From: a virus
IMG/VR virus record: IMGVR_UViG_3300011113_000621
Location: 35,754-99,753 of that record
Strand: one strand, 5' to 3'
Length of the DNA stretch: 64,000 nt
Part shown: piece by piece, positions 20,984 through 29,468 of the stretch
Layout of the letters: each line of letters opens with the position of its first letter
How positions within the stretch are numbered: position 1 is the stretch's first letter
The notes under the pieces: model-generated
The model's database searches: none
What the model saw: the letters and a program-made list of their open reading frames with translations, nothing else
Told to the model about the DNA's origin: nothing
Translations under genes and position numbers: made by a program

Positions 20984-21021
20984 TTAAACTCCTGTCATTA
21001 AGATAACGGAACGCATTAACA

Positions 21022-21333
21022 TTACCTGTCAAGTCGTGCGGTTATTAAGCCTGCTATCGCAGACAGGGCAAATATACACCCAATTAGGAATACCGTACTT
21101 GGAAAAAATGCATAAAGAAACATGGTTGGAAGCGCGATCCAAAGGGACATACACCACTCACAGGTAAACAGGTATCCGATTGAACTCGTGTGAGAGGGCT
21201 TCCTGCTAAAGACCCAGTCACGCACGGGCTCAAATATTGTGTCAACTATTACCAGGCGCGTTAGGCGATAAACCATAAGCGCAAGTACAACGAAGTGAAG
21301 GGCTGATATGTTTTCTATCTCGTATAGGTTCAT
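21022..21333 (-). CDS. DUF1360-like membrane protein
   Basis: YRLTRLVIVDTIFEPVRDW...LFTCEWCMSLW signature with hydrophobic helices. Confidence 0.7.
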   Translation of the reverse strand: MNLYEIENISALHFVVLALMVYRLTRLVIVDTIFEPVRDWVFSRKPSHTSSIGYLFTCEWCMSLWIALPTMFLYAFFPSTVFLIGCIFALSAIAGLITARLDR

Positions 21334-21713
21334 GATGTTGGGTCCTTTACTGAGTCCATTGTTTTATAAGGGCTAAATGACCGTAGGCGACTGCCACAGG
21401 TACATCCTTGCACATGCTTAAATGCAACTATCTTCCCAGATAAGGTAAGTGCCTGGGAGTCAAGCTTTTTATCTCCGGACCAGTTTAGGTCCGCGAGTCG
21501 TTCTGAGAATATAAGGCGAGGTCCTCCTGAGGCATCTGCCGCAACAACAAGGACCAAGCTTGAATCATCCTGCATAACTATAGTTCTTACCCTCTCAAGA
21601 TAGCGGCCTCCGTCTGGAACCTTACTTGAGGTTGTTGCTTCCTTAAAGTCCTCCATTACGTTTGCGGGGATTGCAACTATAGTGGATGGAAAGAAGTCAT
21701 GGATAATCTTCAT
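21330..21713 (-). CDS. Hypothetical protein (C-terminal GCTCGS)
   Basis: 127-aa ORF coupled to both neighbours by ATGA overlaps. Confidence 0.6.
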   Translation of the reverse strand: MKIIHDFFPSTIVAIPANVMEDFKEATTSSKVPDGGRYLERVRTIVMQDDSSLVLVVAADASGGPRLIFSERLADLNWSGDKKLDSQALTLSGKIVAFKHVQGCTCGSRLRSFSPYKTMDSVKDPTS

Positions 21714-22198
21714 ACTGTAAGCGCCCGATCTACTCTACGTTTCATTGCTCGATAGGTAACGCCTGAGACGCGGGCGAGCTCTGAGACCGTGACTCCCTTT
21801 AGATATAGGTTCTTGGCGATGTCTGAAAGTTCATGGTTGGCATTAAATGAGGCTGAGGCTGGTGACGTGCGGGAACGATAACGTCTTGCCAGCGGTGATA
21901 ATCTTGCGATGCGTAACTGCTCGTCAATTGGGATTCCTGGGCTTTTAGGACGAACTCTTCTTAGGCGCGGTGACTTTATGGGAGGGCGAGGAACGGGCGA
22001 GATGGACGCTTGCTCCTTGACCTTACGAACTGTCCAGGCGCGAATTGTTGAGCGCGTCTTTACGGGAGTAAAGGCATTTGCAATTGATTGATATGACCAG
22101 CCTACTGCAACAAGCTCCTGAACTCTAAAGCACAAGGCGTCCTTTGTAAGTGTAACGAGCAGATCTCTCTCGCTCTTAGGCAGTAGCGGTGCGGCCAT
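21710..22198 (-). CDS. Double helix-turn-helix DNA-binding protein
   Basis: GWSYQSIANAF and GVTVSELARVSGVTYRAMKRRV HTH-like segments. Confidence 0.65.
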   Translation of the reverse strand: MAAPLLPKSERDLLVTLTKDALCFRVQELVAVGWSYQSIANAFTPVKTRSTIRAWTVRKVKEQASISPVPRPPIKSPRLRRVRPKSPGIPIDEQLRIARLSPLARRYRSRTSPASASFNANHELSDIAKNLYLKGVTVSELARVSGVTYRAMKRRVDRALTV

Positions 22199-22256
22199 GG
22201 AGTTACCTTAACACGCGCTCGTCAAAGCGTGTACAAACTGCTCGGTGTTTTGTACT

Positions 22257-23663
22257 TTATCGTACACGAAACCCGCCTTTTCCTCCGCGAAAGGAGGGAA
22301 GCTTACGATGAGCAAGAGACTTTGCAGTTATATGTCCGCCAAGGAATCCTGCAGGAGGCTTAATGAGAAGCGCTGTTAATGCGTGAACAAGTGCATCAAC
22401 ACGGTCTGGAGATCTTGATGTTTCACCAGGAATCCAACTTGTCATCTGACTTTCAAGCTCAGGAAGATAGTTTATGTGATGAACACGATTTTGCTCGTAG
22501 GCAAGGGTCACAGGCTCCGCGCGTAGTGCCTTGCCATACTTTGAGTGAACCTCTAATACCTTTACGTTTGGATCAATTGTATTTATTGCATTGCGAACTA
22601 AGGCGCCACCTTGATTTACTTCCGCTACGACAGGGCAACCCCACTTGCGTGCCATTTGCACAACCTTGTTTGCCCAAATATCAGGAGAACCATGAACTGT
22701 CGCATCCTCAAGGATCCAGGAGTTGCGCTTATATAAGTCGCGCTCGCCTGTTGATGCGCAAACAACAATTCCACACTCGTCGCGAGGATTCTCTGCAACC
22801 GATGGGTCAACGCCAATTACACGTAGTGGAGCTCCAATTGGAAGTTGCGTTTCACGACCGCGATCTATAAGTTCAATTGTCCAGAGAGCTCCTTCAATAT
22901 CTGAAAGCATCTCTCCGTAGAGTTCCTGTTGTGCAAGACGCGTTCCTTCATATACACCCATAATTGCACTTATATATGACTCAGATAGGTTTCCACGGTT
23001 GTCCATGGTTGAGCCTTTGGTAATAATCACCTTGTCTGGCTGCTTCTTACTTTCATTTATAAGTTGATATAGAAGTGGAACTCGCTTAGGTGTCGTCGTG
23101 ATTAAGATCTTTGGCTTTAGTCCAAGACGTGTACCAACGCGTAAGTTATCAAACGCGGTCATACCCGCCGCGTCGGGAGTTTGACGCCAGGCGGCAACCT
23201 CATCACCCCAGGCATGCGTAAATTGAGGACCGCGAAGCGAGTCAGGCTCATCGGCTGTAAAGAGAGTTGCGGTGTTTCCATTAGGCCAAGTAAGACGACG
23301 CTTTGAAGGTTCGTAGTGTGGGCGCTCGCTTGGTGGCGTGATATTTATGATTCCTGATTCGCCTTCTACGATAACGTCACGAACGTCTGCGGCGGTACGC
23401 GCAACGAGCGCAAAGCGAAGTTGTCCTTTATTCGTGTACCTTGCTTGTTCTCTTACCCACTCTGCGGCAAGTCTTGTCTTACCAAAACCGCGACCTGCAA
23501 GTACAAGCCAGATGTTCCAGTCATCGCCTGGCGGAGCCTGCTGCTCAGGACGGCCCCAAAACGACCAGTCCCAAGGAAGGATCTCTTGATCAAGTCCACT
23601 TAATATCGCATCACGTTCCTCCTCGGAAAGTATTGCGATTTGCTCGGCGATGCTTTTGCCCAT
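22257..23663 (-). CDS. terL: Terminase large subunit
   Basis: Walker A LAGRGFGKT, LRGPQF...WGDE Walker B, nuclease VIGVDPS and SPDRVDALVHA; start chosen at ATG 23663, 6 nt after a TACTAT -10-like box. Confidence 0.95.
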   Translation of the reverse strand: MGKSIAEQIAILSEEERDAILSGLDQEILPWDWSFWGRPEQQAPPGDDWNIWLVLAGRGFGKTRLAAEWVREQARYTNKGQLRFALVARTAADVRDVIVEGESGIINITPPSERPHYEPSKRRLTWPNGNTATLFTADEPDSLRGPQFTHAWGDEVAAWRQTPDAAGMTAFDNLRVGTRLGLKPKILITTTPKRVPLLYQLINESKKQPDKVIITKGSTMDNRGNLSESYISAIMGVYEGTRLAQQELYGEMLSDIEGALWTIELIDRGRETQLPIGAPLRVIGVDPSVAENPRDECGIVVCASTGERDLYKRNSWILEDATVHGSPDIWANKVVQMARKWGCPVVAEVNQGGALVRNAINTIDPNVKVLEVHSKYGKALRAEPVTLAYEQNRVHHINYLPELESQMTSWIPGETSRSPDRVDALVHALTALLIKPPAGFLGGHITAKSLAHRKLPSFRGGKGGFRVR

Positions 23664-23928
23664 GTACAAATAGTACAATAAGATGCGCTCGTTGATTTGT
23701 GTACAAAAGCGCAGATGCAGTACCTTAAGGTTAATTGCCTTGGACGTGAGAAAGCGCCCTGCATTACGGGAGCGCTTTCCTAAAGTGTCTCCAACATTTT
23801 TTACAATTCTTCATATTTTTCTGTTTTTTGTCAAGAGCATAAGGCATTGCCTCTACAAAAAATTATTTTGTAGATTGTTGCAAAGGTATGGTTGCTTGCT
23901 TATTAGTTATTTGTCTTAGAAATACTTC

Positions 23929-23958
23929 AGGCTAGCACCTTTGTAAGATGCTAGCCTG
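23929..23958 (-). terminator. Stem-loop terminator
   Basis: AGGCTAGCA...TGCTAGCCT inverted repeat after the 23976 ORF. Confidence 0.55.
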
Positions 23959-23975
23959 TGACTAGTAGATGTATG

Positions 23976-24488
23976 TTAGTTCAAGTTAATCTCTACGTTG
24001 TTGTCGCCTTCAAACAACTTAGTGAAGGTGTCAGCGTCAACGTTGCCAGTTGCATTAAGTCCCTTGTCAACCTGGAACTTAGTGATTGCTAGTTTTGTAA
24101 GATCACCTAGCCAGCCATCACGATCTGCGTATGCTTCGTTGTAGCCAAGCTCAACGAGGCGGCGTTGTACGTGATGAACGGTTAAGCTCTTACGTGCGAA
24201 CTTGTTCTTGTAGACGCAGTTGCTGAGGAACACTGAGTCCTTTTCACCTGAGGAGACAACGTGGCGTGAACTTGCCTTAGGCTTATCAACCTTTGGTTGT
24301 TCAATAACTTCTACCGCAACCGCAGGTTCAGGCTGTGGTTCTGGTGTTGGTTCAGGTTCAGGAACTACAACTACAACAGGTTCAGGTTCAGGTTCAGGTA
24401 CTACTTCTACTGGAGACTCTACCTCAACAGGAGCTGGTGCCGCAGCATCAACTTCTAGCTCAGTAGGTTGAATGTTTTCTTCGCTCAT
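23976..24488 (-). CDS. Peptidoglycan-binding domain protein with Pro/Glu-rich N-terminus
   Basis: VQRRLVELGY...DGWLGDLTKLAITKFQVDKGLNATGNVDADTF (PG_binding_1 pattern). Confidence 0.75.
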   Translation of the reverse strand: MSEENIQPTELEVDAAAPAPVEVESPVEVVPEPEPEPVVVVVPEPEPTPEPQPEPAVAVEVIEQPKVDKPKASSRHVVSSGEKDSVFLSNCVYKNKFARKSLTVHHVQRRLVELGYNEAYADRDGWLGDLTKLAITKFQVDKGLNATGNVDADTFTKLFEGDNNVEINLN

Positions 24489-24514
24489 GGATTTAATATA
24501 ATCCTATCTCGTGA

Positions 24515-25078
24515 CTATGACTTGGGGAACAGTGGCAGCCATTTGGTTATTGAAGGCTCCTCCGCACTACCATCATAGGCATTTGGTCCTAGTCCCCATG
24601 AGCCCCAGTCAGTTCCACCCTTTGTCATGTGGAATGTAATCTTTGCATTAGTTACTGGGTCAAACAGGTCTGCGTTAGCCGCAAGGTTATATTTCTCACG
24701 ACGGTCTGCACCAAGGCTTCCAATCATGTTAACTTGGAATATGCCATATGAGTTGTCGCCTGTTCTCACATTGTCATTGTGAGCTATAGGTCGACCATTA
24801 CTCTCCCGCATGGCAACTGCCCATGCTAGCTTTAGGGCTTGGCCCTTGAAGCCTACTGCACGAAGTAGCTCTACGAGCTCGTCCTGCTTTAGCTTCCTTG
24901 CGCCCTCTAATCTTTCAAGAGGGTTTCCCTTTACAAGCTCATGTTTATGAGCTGGTATTGGTGTTTGTATGTATTGTACCGCCGCATTGGACGACATGGT
25001 CGTCACCGCGAAGATACCAATTGTCAGTGCTGTTATATAGGCTACGGACGTCATTGCTAGTCCACGTAATGTGAGCAA
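24515..25078 (-). CDS. Secreted lysozyme-like/lytic transglycosylase
   Basis: N-terminal signal/TM segment; AVAMRESNG (catalytic Glu), SYGIFQVN, LFDPVTNAK, WGSW; RBS AAGGAGG. Confidence 0.8.
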   Translation of the reverse strand: MLTLRGLAMTSVAYITALTIGIFAVTTMSSNAAVQYIQTPIPAHKHELVKGNPLERLEGARKLKQDELVELLRAVGFKGQALKLAWAVAMRESNGRPIAHNDNVRTGDNSYGIFQVNMIGSLGADRREKYNLAANADLFDPVTNAKITFHMTKGGTDWGSWGLGPNAYDGSAEEPSITKWLPLFPKS

Positions 25079-25080
25079 CG

Positions 25081-25260
25081 CTAGTTCGCCTCCTTCTTAG
25101 GTTAGGGATGGGATAACTCAATGCAGCCACCGCATTAAGCTTCTTGCTACCCTGCAGCTTCTCAGATTTATGTCTGTCCTCTACCACTTGCACAGGGTTG
25201 GAGATATTAAGGGGCGTTAATAAAATAAACGTACCTCCGTCTCTCCGTATTGAACTTACT
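25081..25260 (-). promoter_or_regulatory. Long structured 5' leader of the transglycosylase gene
   Basis: About 180 nt ORF-free; TGGTATAGT -10-like box at 25266-25274; stems GGAGA/TCTCC, ACCCTGT/GCAGGGT, GCTTAATGC/GCATTGAGT. Confidence 0.45.
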
Positions 25261-25310
25261 GGTAAACTATACCATAATGAAAGTAAAACTTTACCTAAAA
25301 GTAGGCAGTT

Positions 25311-25601
25311 TTACTTATTTTTATTCTTGGCCTTTTCTTCCTCGGCCTTTAGCATTTGAGCCTCGATTTTAAGAAGAAGAGGAGTAAATGCTCTCACTAG
25401 TAATTCAACGTCTCCTTGAGATTTTGCCTCGTGACGTTTCATACGACGGACACCTTTTTGCGCCGCGGTAATGAGTGGGCTGTCATGTACTATTCCGTAG
25501 AGTGGCACTATGACCACCTCCTCTCGTTCTGATGGGTTAATTATATCATCAGAAGGGGGGTCTTGTAAACCCCCCTCGAGAGGAGGCTGGTACCAACTCA
25601 T
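25311..25601 (-). CDS. Hypothetical protein
   Basis: 96-aa ORF co-oriented with its neighbours. Confidence 0.55.
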   Translation of the reverse strand: MSWYQPPLEGGLQDPPSDDIINPSEREEVVIVPLYGIVHDSPLITAAQKGVRRMKRHEAKSQGDVELLVRAFTPLLLKIEAQMLKAEEEKAKNKNK

Positions 25602-25614
25602 AGGTAAGCCTACC

Positions 25615-25767
25615 TTAGCCCCTTTGGGACAGGCAGGCCATTGCGACCGAGGTTAACCCTAGGGCTAGGACCAACGTGCCTTTAGAAGGGTCCAGAAGGG
25701 CAGTAAGAACCGCCAGAACAGAGCTGGCGGCTGATACCACGGCTGGCCACACGATATTGCGCAACAC
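25615..25767 (-). CDS. Small two-helix membrane protein
   Basis: Manual ORF MLRNIVWPAVVSAASSVLAVLTALLDPSKGTLVLALGLTSVAMACLSQRG fills the intergenic gap. Confidence 0.55.
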   Translation of the reverse strand: MLRNIVWPAVVSAASSVLAVLTALLDPSKGTLVLALGLTSVAMACLSQRG

Positions 25768-25779
25768 GGGGTCTAGACC

Positions 25780-25959
25780 TTACTTGCTCTTTCGGGTCTT
25801 ACCCTTAAGGCGATCTGAGGTGTTACGGATTGGGGTGCCTGAGTCTGCGATGAGCTTACGAGCCTTACCGTATGTAATGCCAAGCTCCTGGGCTACCTCA
25901 ACTACGGACTTGCCAGCTGTATAAAGTGCAGCTGCCTGTTGTGATGACGCTGTTGTCAT
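25780..25959 (-). CDS. Small HTH DNA-binding protein
   Basis: ALYTAGKSVVEVAQELGITYGKARKLIADSG; start at ATG 25959 after an AAAGGAAA RBS. Confidence 0.7.
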   Translation of the reverse strand: MTTASSQQAAALYTAGKSVVEVAQELGITYGKARKLIADSGTPIRNTSDRLKGKTRKSK

Positions 25960-26075
25960 TTGTTTTCCTTTTCTCGTTCTCGTTTTTTCCTGTTTGTTTT
26001 TATTACCTTCGAGTGATAGTAATAAGACTCGCGACCGATCGATCAGATCGCGTGCCTCGTTGAGCAGACTACTGC

Positions 26076-26528
26076 TCAAGATTTATTTTTCTTTTCTGGT
26101 TTTGGAGGAACCTTCCCATGCTTATTACATAGCATCTTTCCTCCCCATGCGCTACGAGGTTTGACGTTTAGATCACAGTCAGTTCCATATCCTGCCGCAT
26201 AGCAACGAACTCTGTCCTTGACAAGAATCGCATTGTTAATGGCAGCAATTGCGCGTTTGACAACTGAGTTGTTAATGACAAATCCATTATCCTTATGACA
26301 GCTCCAACACAGGTATTCATTTCTTCGATGTGCTGGATCTCTAAGTGCGTTGGGCGCACCGCAGTTATCGCAATGTTGAATGTTCTTTCGAGTGAATACG
26401 ATGTTGCGATAATCTGATGCACAAATCAACTTGTCATCAAGTTCATAGACGAGTACGTTTGTGTCACCGCACGAGGAACAGGTGTCATAAACGTAAATCT
26501 GTTCTCGTTGAACAGTACCTCTTGTCAT
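26076..26528 (-). CDS. Multi-Cys zinc-finger protein
   Basis: Several CxxC pairs; RBS GGAGG. Confidence 0.65.
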   Translation of the reverse strand: MTRGTVQREQIYVYDTCSSCGDTNVLVYELDDKLICASDYRNIVFTRKNIQHCDNCGAPNALRDPAHRRNEYLCWSCHKDNGFVINNSVVKRAIAAINNAILVKDRVRCYAAGYGTDCDLNVKPRSAWGGKMLCNKHGKVPPKPEKKNKS

Positions 26529-26584
26529 TGATCCTCCGTAATCGTCCTTAGGAAAACTATAATCCTTTTATCTGAACTTGTAAA

Positions 26585-26854
26585 CTATTCCTTAGGGTGA
26601 ACTACTCCAAGCAAGGGAGTTGCCGCAGCCTTGACGAATTGCTTTTCAGCCATGTGGTCATAGGTAGATGCGATTAGTATTGAAGGAAGACAGAAGGCAA
26701 TGAGGCCAGTCATTGCTGCAAAGAAATGAGTCCAGGTTCCTCCAATTGAAAGTGCAATCATTGAGATTGCCCATATTCCGGAGAGTACCTTAAGTGAGAA
26801 GGAGATGCGACGGTATTGAAAACCGCGTCTGCGAATTTCTTTTACTGATTGCAT
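26585..26854 (-). CDS. Membrane protein
   Basis: Two hydrophobic segments; preceded by the GACGAAAGGAC leader. Confidence 0.65.
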   Translation of the reverse strand: MQSVKEIRRRGFQYRRISFSLKVLSGIWAISMIALSIGGTWTHFFAAMTGLIAFCLPSILIASTYDHMAEKQFVKAAATPLLGVVHPKE

Positions 26855-26889
26855 GGAGAAGTCCTTTCGTCATTCTGTAAGGTATTTCC

Positions 26890-27045
26890 TTACAGTGTTG
26901 CTATTCCTATGATTGTGCATAGTGCAATTGCAATAATTGCTGGAAGTGGAGCTGCATCTGGCAAGTTGTCACTTAGCCAATCAGTGATGTTTCCAAAGAA
27001 ATCTACTGTTGAATCCATTGCGTCTCCAAAGAAGTCCATAATCAT
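26890..27045 (-). CDS. Small membrane protein
   Basis: Manual ORF MIMDFFGDAMDSTVDFFGNITDWLSDNLPDAAPLPAIIAIALCTIIGIATL with its own promoter motif and leader. Confidence 0.65.
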   Translation of the reverse strand: MIMDFFGDAMDSTVDFFGNITDWLSDNLPDAAPLPAIIAIALCTIIGIATL

Positions 27046-27117
27046 TTTAGTCCCTTTCGTCGTTACCCAGGTTCCTGGGCATAGGATAATTATATCAGGA
27101 AGGTCCCAGAAATTGGG

Positions 27118-27672
27118 TTAAAACCCAAATTTCTTTCTACATTCCGGTCCAAGCTGGAGGCTACGGCTGGTTGGGTCTGTGAGCTCCGCGCCGCATGACC
27201 CACAGCAAGAGTAGTGGACGCCAAAGAGCTTGGCGTACCCATATTGGTTGGACTTGATGACTCCAACAAGGTCAAGGACGTCCTGAACAGAAAGCTTGTG
27301 GCGTGTAAACCCACCAAGGCTTCCGGTGAGTCGGCGCATGTAAAGAGTACTCATAAACTCACGTACCTCAACGAAAAGGAGGTCGCCATGAATCTCGAAA
27401 TCGAGGTCAAGGTGACTTAGGTCCGCAACAGGAATGGCGTACTTAGACTTTTGAATGGTAGCCAATGGGACTTGGGTTGGGTTTACGCGAGGAGCCTTAG
27501 GAAGCTTAGGGAGGGCTAGCAGCCGCTTGATTAGATCTGATGCTTGAAGCTTATTTAACATCGGTAGGTTTTCGCGAAGCTCATCAGCCTCACCTGTTTC
27601 AATATCACGTTCTTTGAGAAGGCCAAGGATAAAATCAACCTGCTTCTCTGATGGTCCGATTAGTGTCGTCAT
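27118..27672 (-). CDS. DUF6011-like zinc-binding protein
   Basis: C-terminal CCGSCGAELTDPTSRSLQLGPEC; N-terminal PSEKQVDFI. Confidence 0.7.
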   Translation of the reverse strand: MTTLIGPSEKQVDFILGLLKERDIETGEADELRENLPMLNKLQASDLIKRLLALPKLPKAPRVNPTQVPLATIQKSKYAIPVADLSHLDLDFEIHGDLLFVEVREFMSTLYMRRLTGSLGGFTRHKLSVQDVLDLVGVIKSNQYGYAKLFGVHYSCCGSCGAELTDPTSRSLQLGPECRKKFGF

Positions 27673-27719
27673 TTTGGCTCCTTTCCTGAGCTTGGTACTA
27701 TTATATCAGGTAGGTCAGG

Positions 27720-27846
27720 AAAATAAAGGAAGCCAGGCGGGAATGGGACCACCTGGCTTCTTGGAAAGGGTGTCTACAACCTGAACGGATTGGAGGTACG
27801 TCCAGGGAGACCCTTGGCATAAGGTATGAACGGACCTTTACCAAGT
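27720..27846 (-). ncRNA. Candidate small RNA (three hairpins) between promoter variant and terminator
   Basis: TGATATAAT at 27853-27861, no ORF, hairpins CTTGGTAAAGGT/ACCTTATGCCAAG, CCTGGACG/CGTTCAGG, AAGCCAGG/CCTGGCTT followed by a U-rich tail. Confidence 0.5.
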
Positions 27847-27858
27847 AGGACAATTATA

Positions 27859-28791
27859 TCATGCCCAGGAGAATAAACGAACCTCTTCATAGACCGTACC
27901 TACGACCTGACTCCAAATCTGTGGCGTGTGGTCAAACGGCTGATACCCACCGGCTCCTCCGATTAGGACTCGGCCTTGAGAATAGGTGTTGGCAATTTGG
28001 CCTACGACCTTAGCCGCATACTCATATCCAGGGTAATCGAAGTTAAGTGTTGACAACGGATCTGAAATGTGAGCATCAGCTCCAGTAGCTAACAGCACAA
28101 CATCTGGTTGGATCTTGTGTGACAGCTCTGCAACTTGATCTACCGCATCACGAAATACGTCATCACCGGAGCCTGGATCTAACGCCCAGTTATAAATACC
28201 GAACGAAGGTATATGCCCATCAAGACCTGTGCCTGGAAAAATTGCAGAGTCATGAATCGAGCATGTAATGATATCTCTTGAGCTGGCAAGTAGATTCTCA
28301 ACGCCATCGCCATGATGCGCATCCCAGTCGATGTACATAACCTTCATGCCATTACGATGAAATTCCTTTGCAGCCCAAGCCATGTCGTTGAAAACACAAA
28401 ATCCGGAGCTGTGATTACGTTGAGCATGGTGCTTAGCTCCCTGAGGATTAAAGCCAACCTTCAAGTCGCCCGCAAGCATCTTTTCCGTAAGACGAACTGT
28501 TCCGGCAAACATGTGTAATGCAACCTTACCCTTGTGGGTATCATCCGGTCTCCATTCACCGCAATGCCCAAGGTCTAAAACCTTTGAAACATATTCCTTA
28601 TCGTGAATTGACTCTACGAGAGCTCTGTCCGTATCAAGGATGTCTGGTTTTATGACTACGACGTCGTGGTCTTCCTGCAACATCTGCGTTGCATACTTTG
28701 CACGAACTGGATTAGTTGGATGCTCGAAATCTGAGCTACCAAGTTTCCAGTCAAGATACACGTCATCGTATGAGATGTGTAACTTAGTCAT
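27859..28791 (-). CDS. Histone deacetylase family (AcuC-like) Zn-dependent deacetylase
   Basis: GAKHHA, SGFCVFND, IDWDAHHGDG, SIH..IFPGTG, GADAH..DPL, GGAGGY motifs. Confidence 0.92.
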   Translation of the reverse strand: MTKLHISYDDVYLDWKLGSSDFEHPTNPVRAKYATQMLQEDHDVVVIKPDILDTDRALVESIHDKEYVSKVLDLGHCGEWRPDDTHKGKVALHMFAGTVRLTEKMLAGDLKVGFNPQGAKHHAQRNHSSGFCVFNDMAWAAKEFHRNGMKVMYIDWDAHHGDGVENLLASSRDIITCSIHDSAIFPGTGLDGHIPSFGIYNWALDPGSGDDVFRDAVDQVAELSHKIQPDVVLLATGADAHISDPLSTLNFDYPGYEYAAKVVGQIANTYSQGRVLIGGAGGYQPFDHTPQIWSQVVGTVYEEVRLFSWA

Positions 28792-29302
28792 TTAACTTCA
28801 ACTCCCTTAGATATTTCTCAAAGCTTGGATTTATCAAGACAGCGCTTGAGCGCTTTGTCCGCATTAACTCAATAGCTTGCTCAGCTGTATAGCCTTCAAG
28901 CATGAGAACAATTCCCATAGTTAAGCCAGATCTATTGATTCCAGCTTGACACCTAACAAGAACATTCTTGCCAGACTTCCACTGTTCGTGTGCGTATTTA
29001 GCCGCACGCATTAGTGCAGCCTCATCAAAGCTGGAGTTATCATCATAAAATCCGTAGCGAACTTCCTCGACAAACCAGTCAACAGGTCGTGCCCATGCAT
29101 AGAGCGTGACGACTACATCGAACTCTTTTTGTGTTATCTCACGAGTACCGTAAGGGTTTGCCACATAGTCAATCGTGTCAAAATCATCTGTACCACCAAG
29201 CCAAAGCCCTGAAAGGATCTCGCTCCATAGGGGAAAGTTCCAGTCAATTTCATGCTGCGGCGCAGCACCAAATTCCTCTGTACTATAAGTTGCCATTGTC
29301 AT
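28784..29302 (-). CDS. Dual-specificity/tyrosine protein phosphatase
   Basis: CX5R loop VLVRCQAGINRSG, EILSGLWLG, INPSF; start placed after the leader RBS. Confidence 0.88.
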   Translation of the reverse strand: MTMATYSTEEFGAAPQHEIDWNFPLWSEILSGLWLGGTDDFDTIDYVANPYGTREITQKEFDVVVTLYAWARPVDWFVEEVRYGFYDDNSSFDEAALMRAAKYAHEQWKSGKNVLVRCQAGINRSGLTMGIVLMLEGYTAEQAIELMRTKRSSAVLINPSFEKYLRELKLND

Positions 29303-29392
29303 GTGTCCTTTCGTATGGGTGGGCACCCTAGCAACCACTTGTTAGGGTTCCCACGGGTCTATTATATCAGGTTTGTAAACAACTCTAAAACA

Positions 29393-29468
29393 TGGAGCGG
29401 ACGACGGGGGTCGAACCCGCGACCTGAACCTTGGCAAGGTTCCGCGCTACCAACTGCGCTACGTCCGC
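29393..29468 (-). tRNA. tRNA-Gly (GCC), CCA encoded
   Basis: GCGGACG TA GCGC AGTTGGTA GCGC G GAACC TTGCCAA GGTTC AGGTC GCGGG TTCGACC CCCGT CGTCCGC TCCA; 76-nt cloverleaf. Confidence 0.97.

Noticed and set aside
22257-23663. Intein or intron in terminase (also checked NrdJ)
   Set aside because: Lengths are ordinary, motifs are contiguous, and no intein C-terminal HN or LAGLIDADG blocks were seen.
25081-25260. c-di-AMP (ydaO) riboswitch
   Set aside because: Gene context fits, but I could not find the conserved GCUGAAUCC, GGGGGAACC or CCCGUCAGCUAA-type segments.
29393-29468. tRNA as prophage attachment site or host-phage junction
   Set aside because: Phage-type genes and the same promoter motif continue on both sides; no duplicated tRNA 3' end or integrase in the window.
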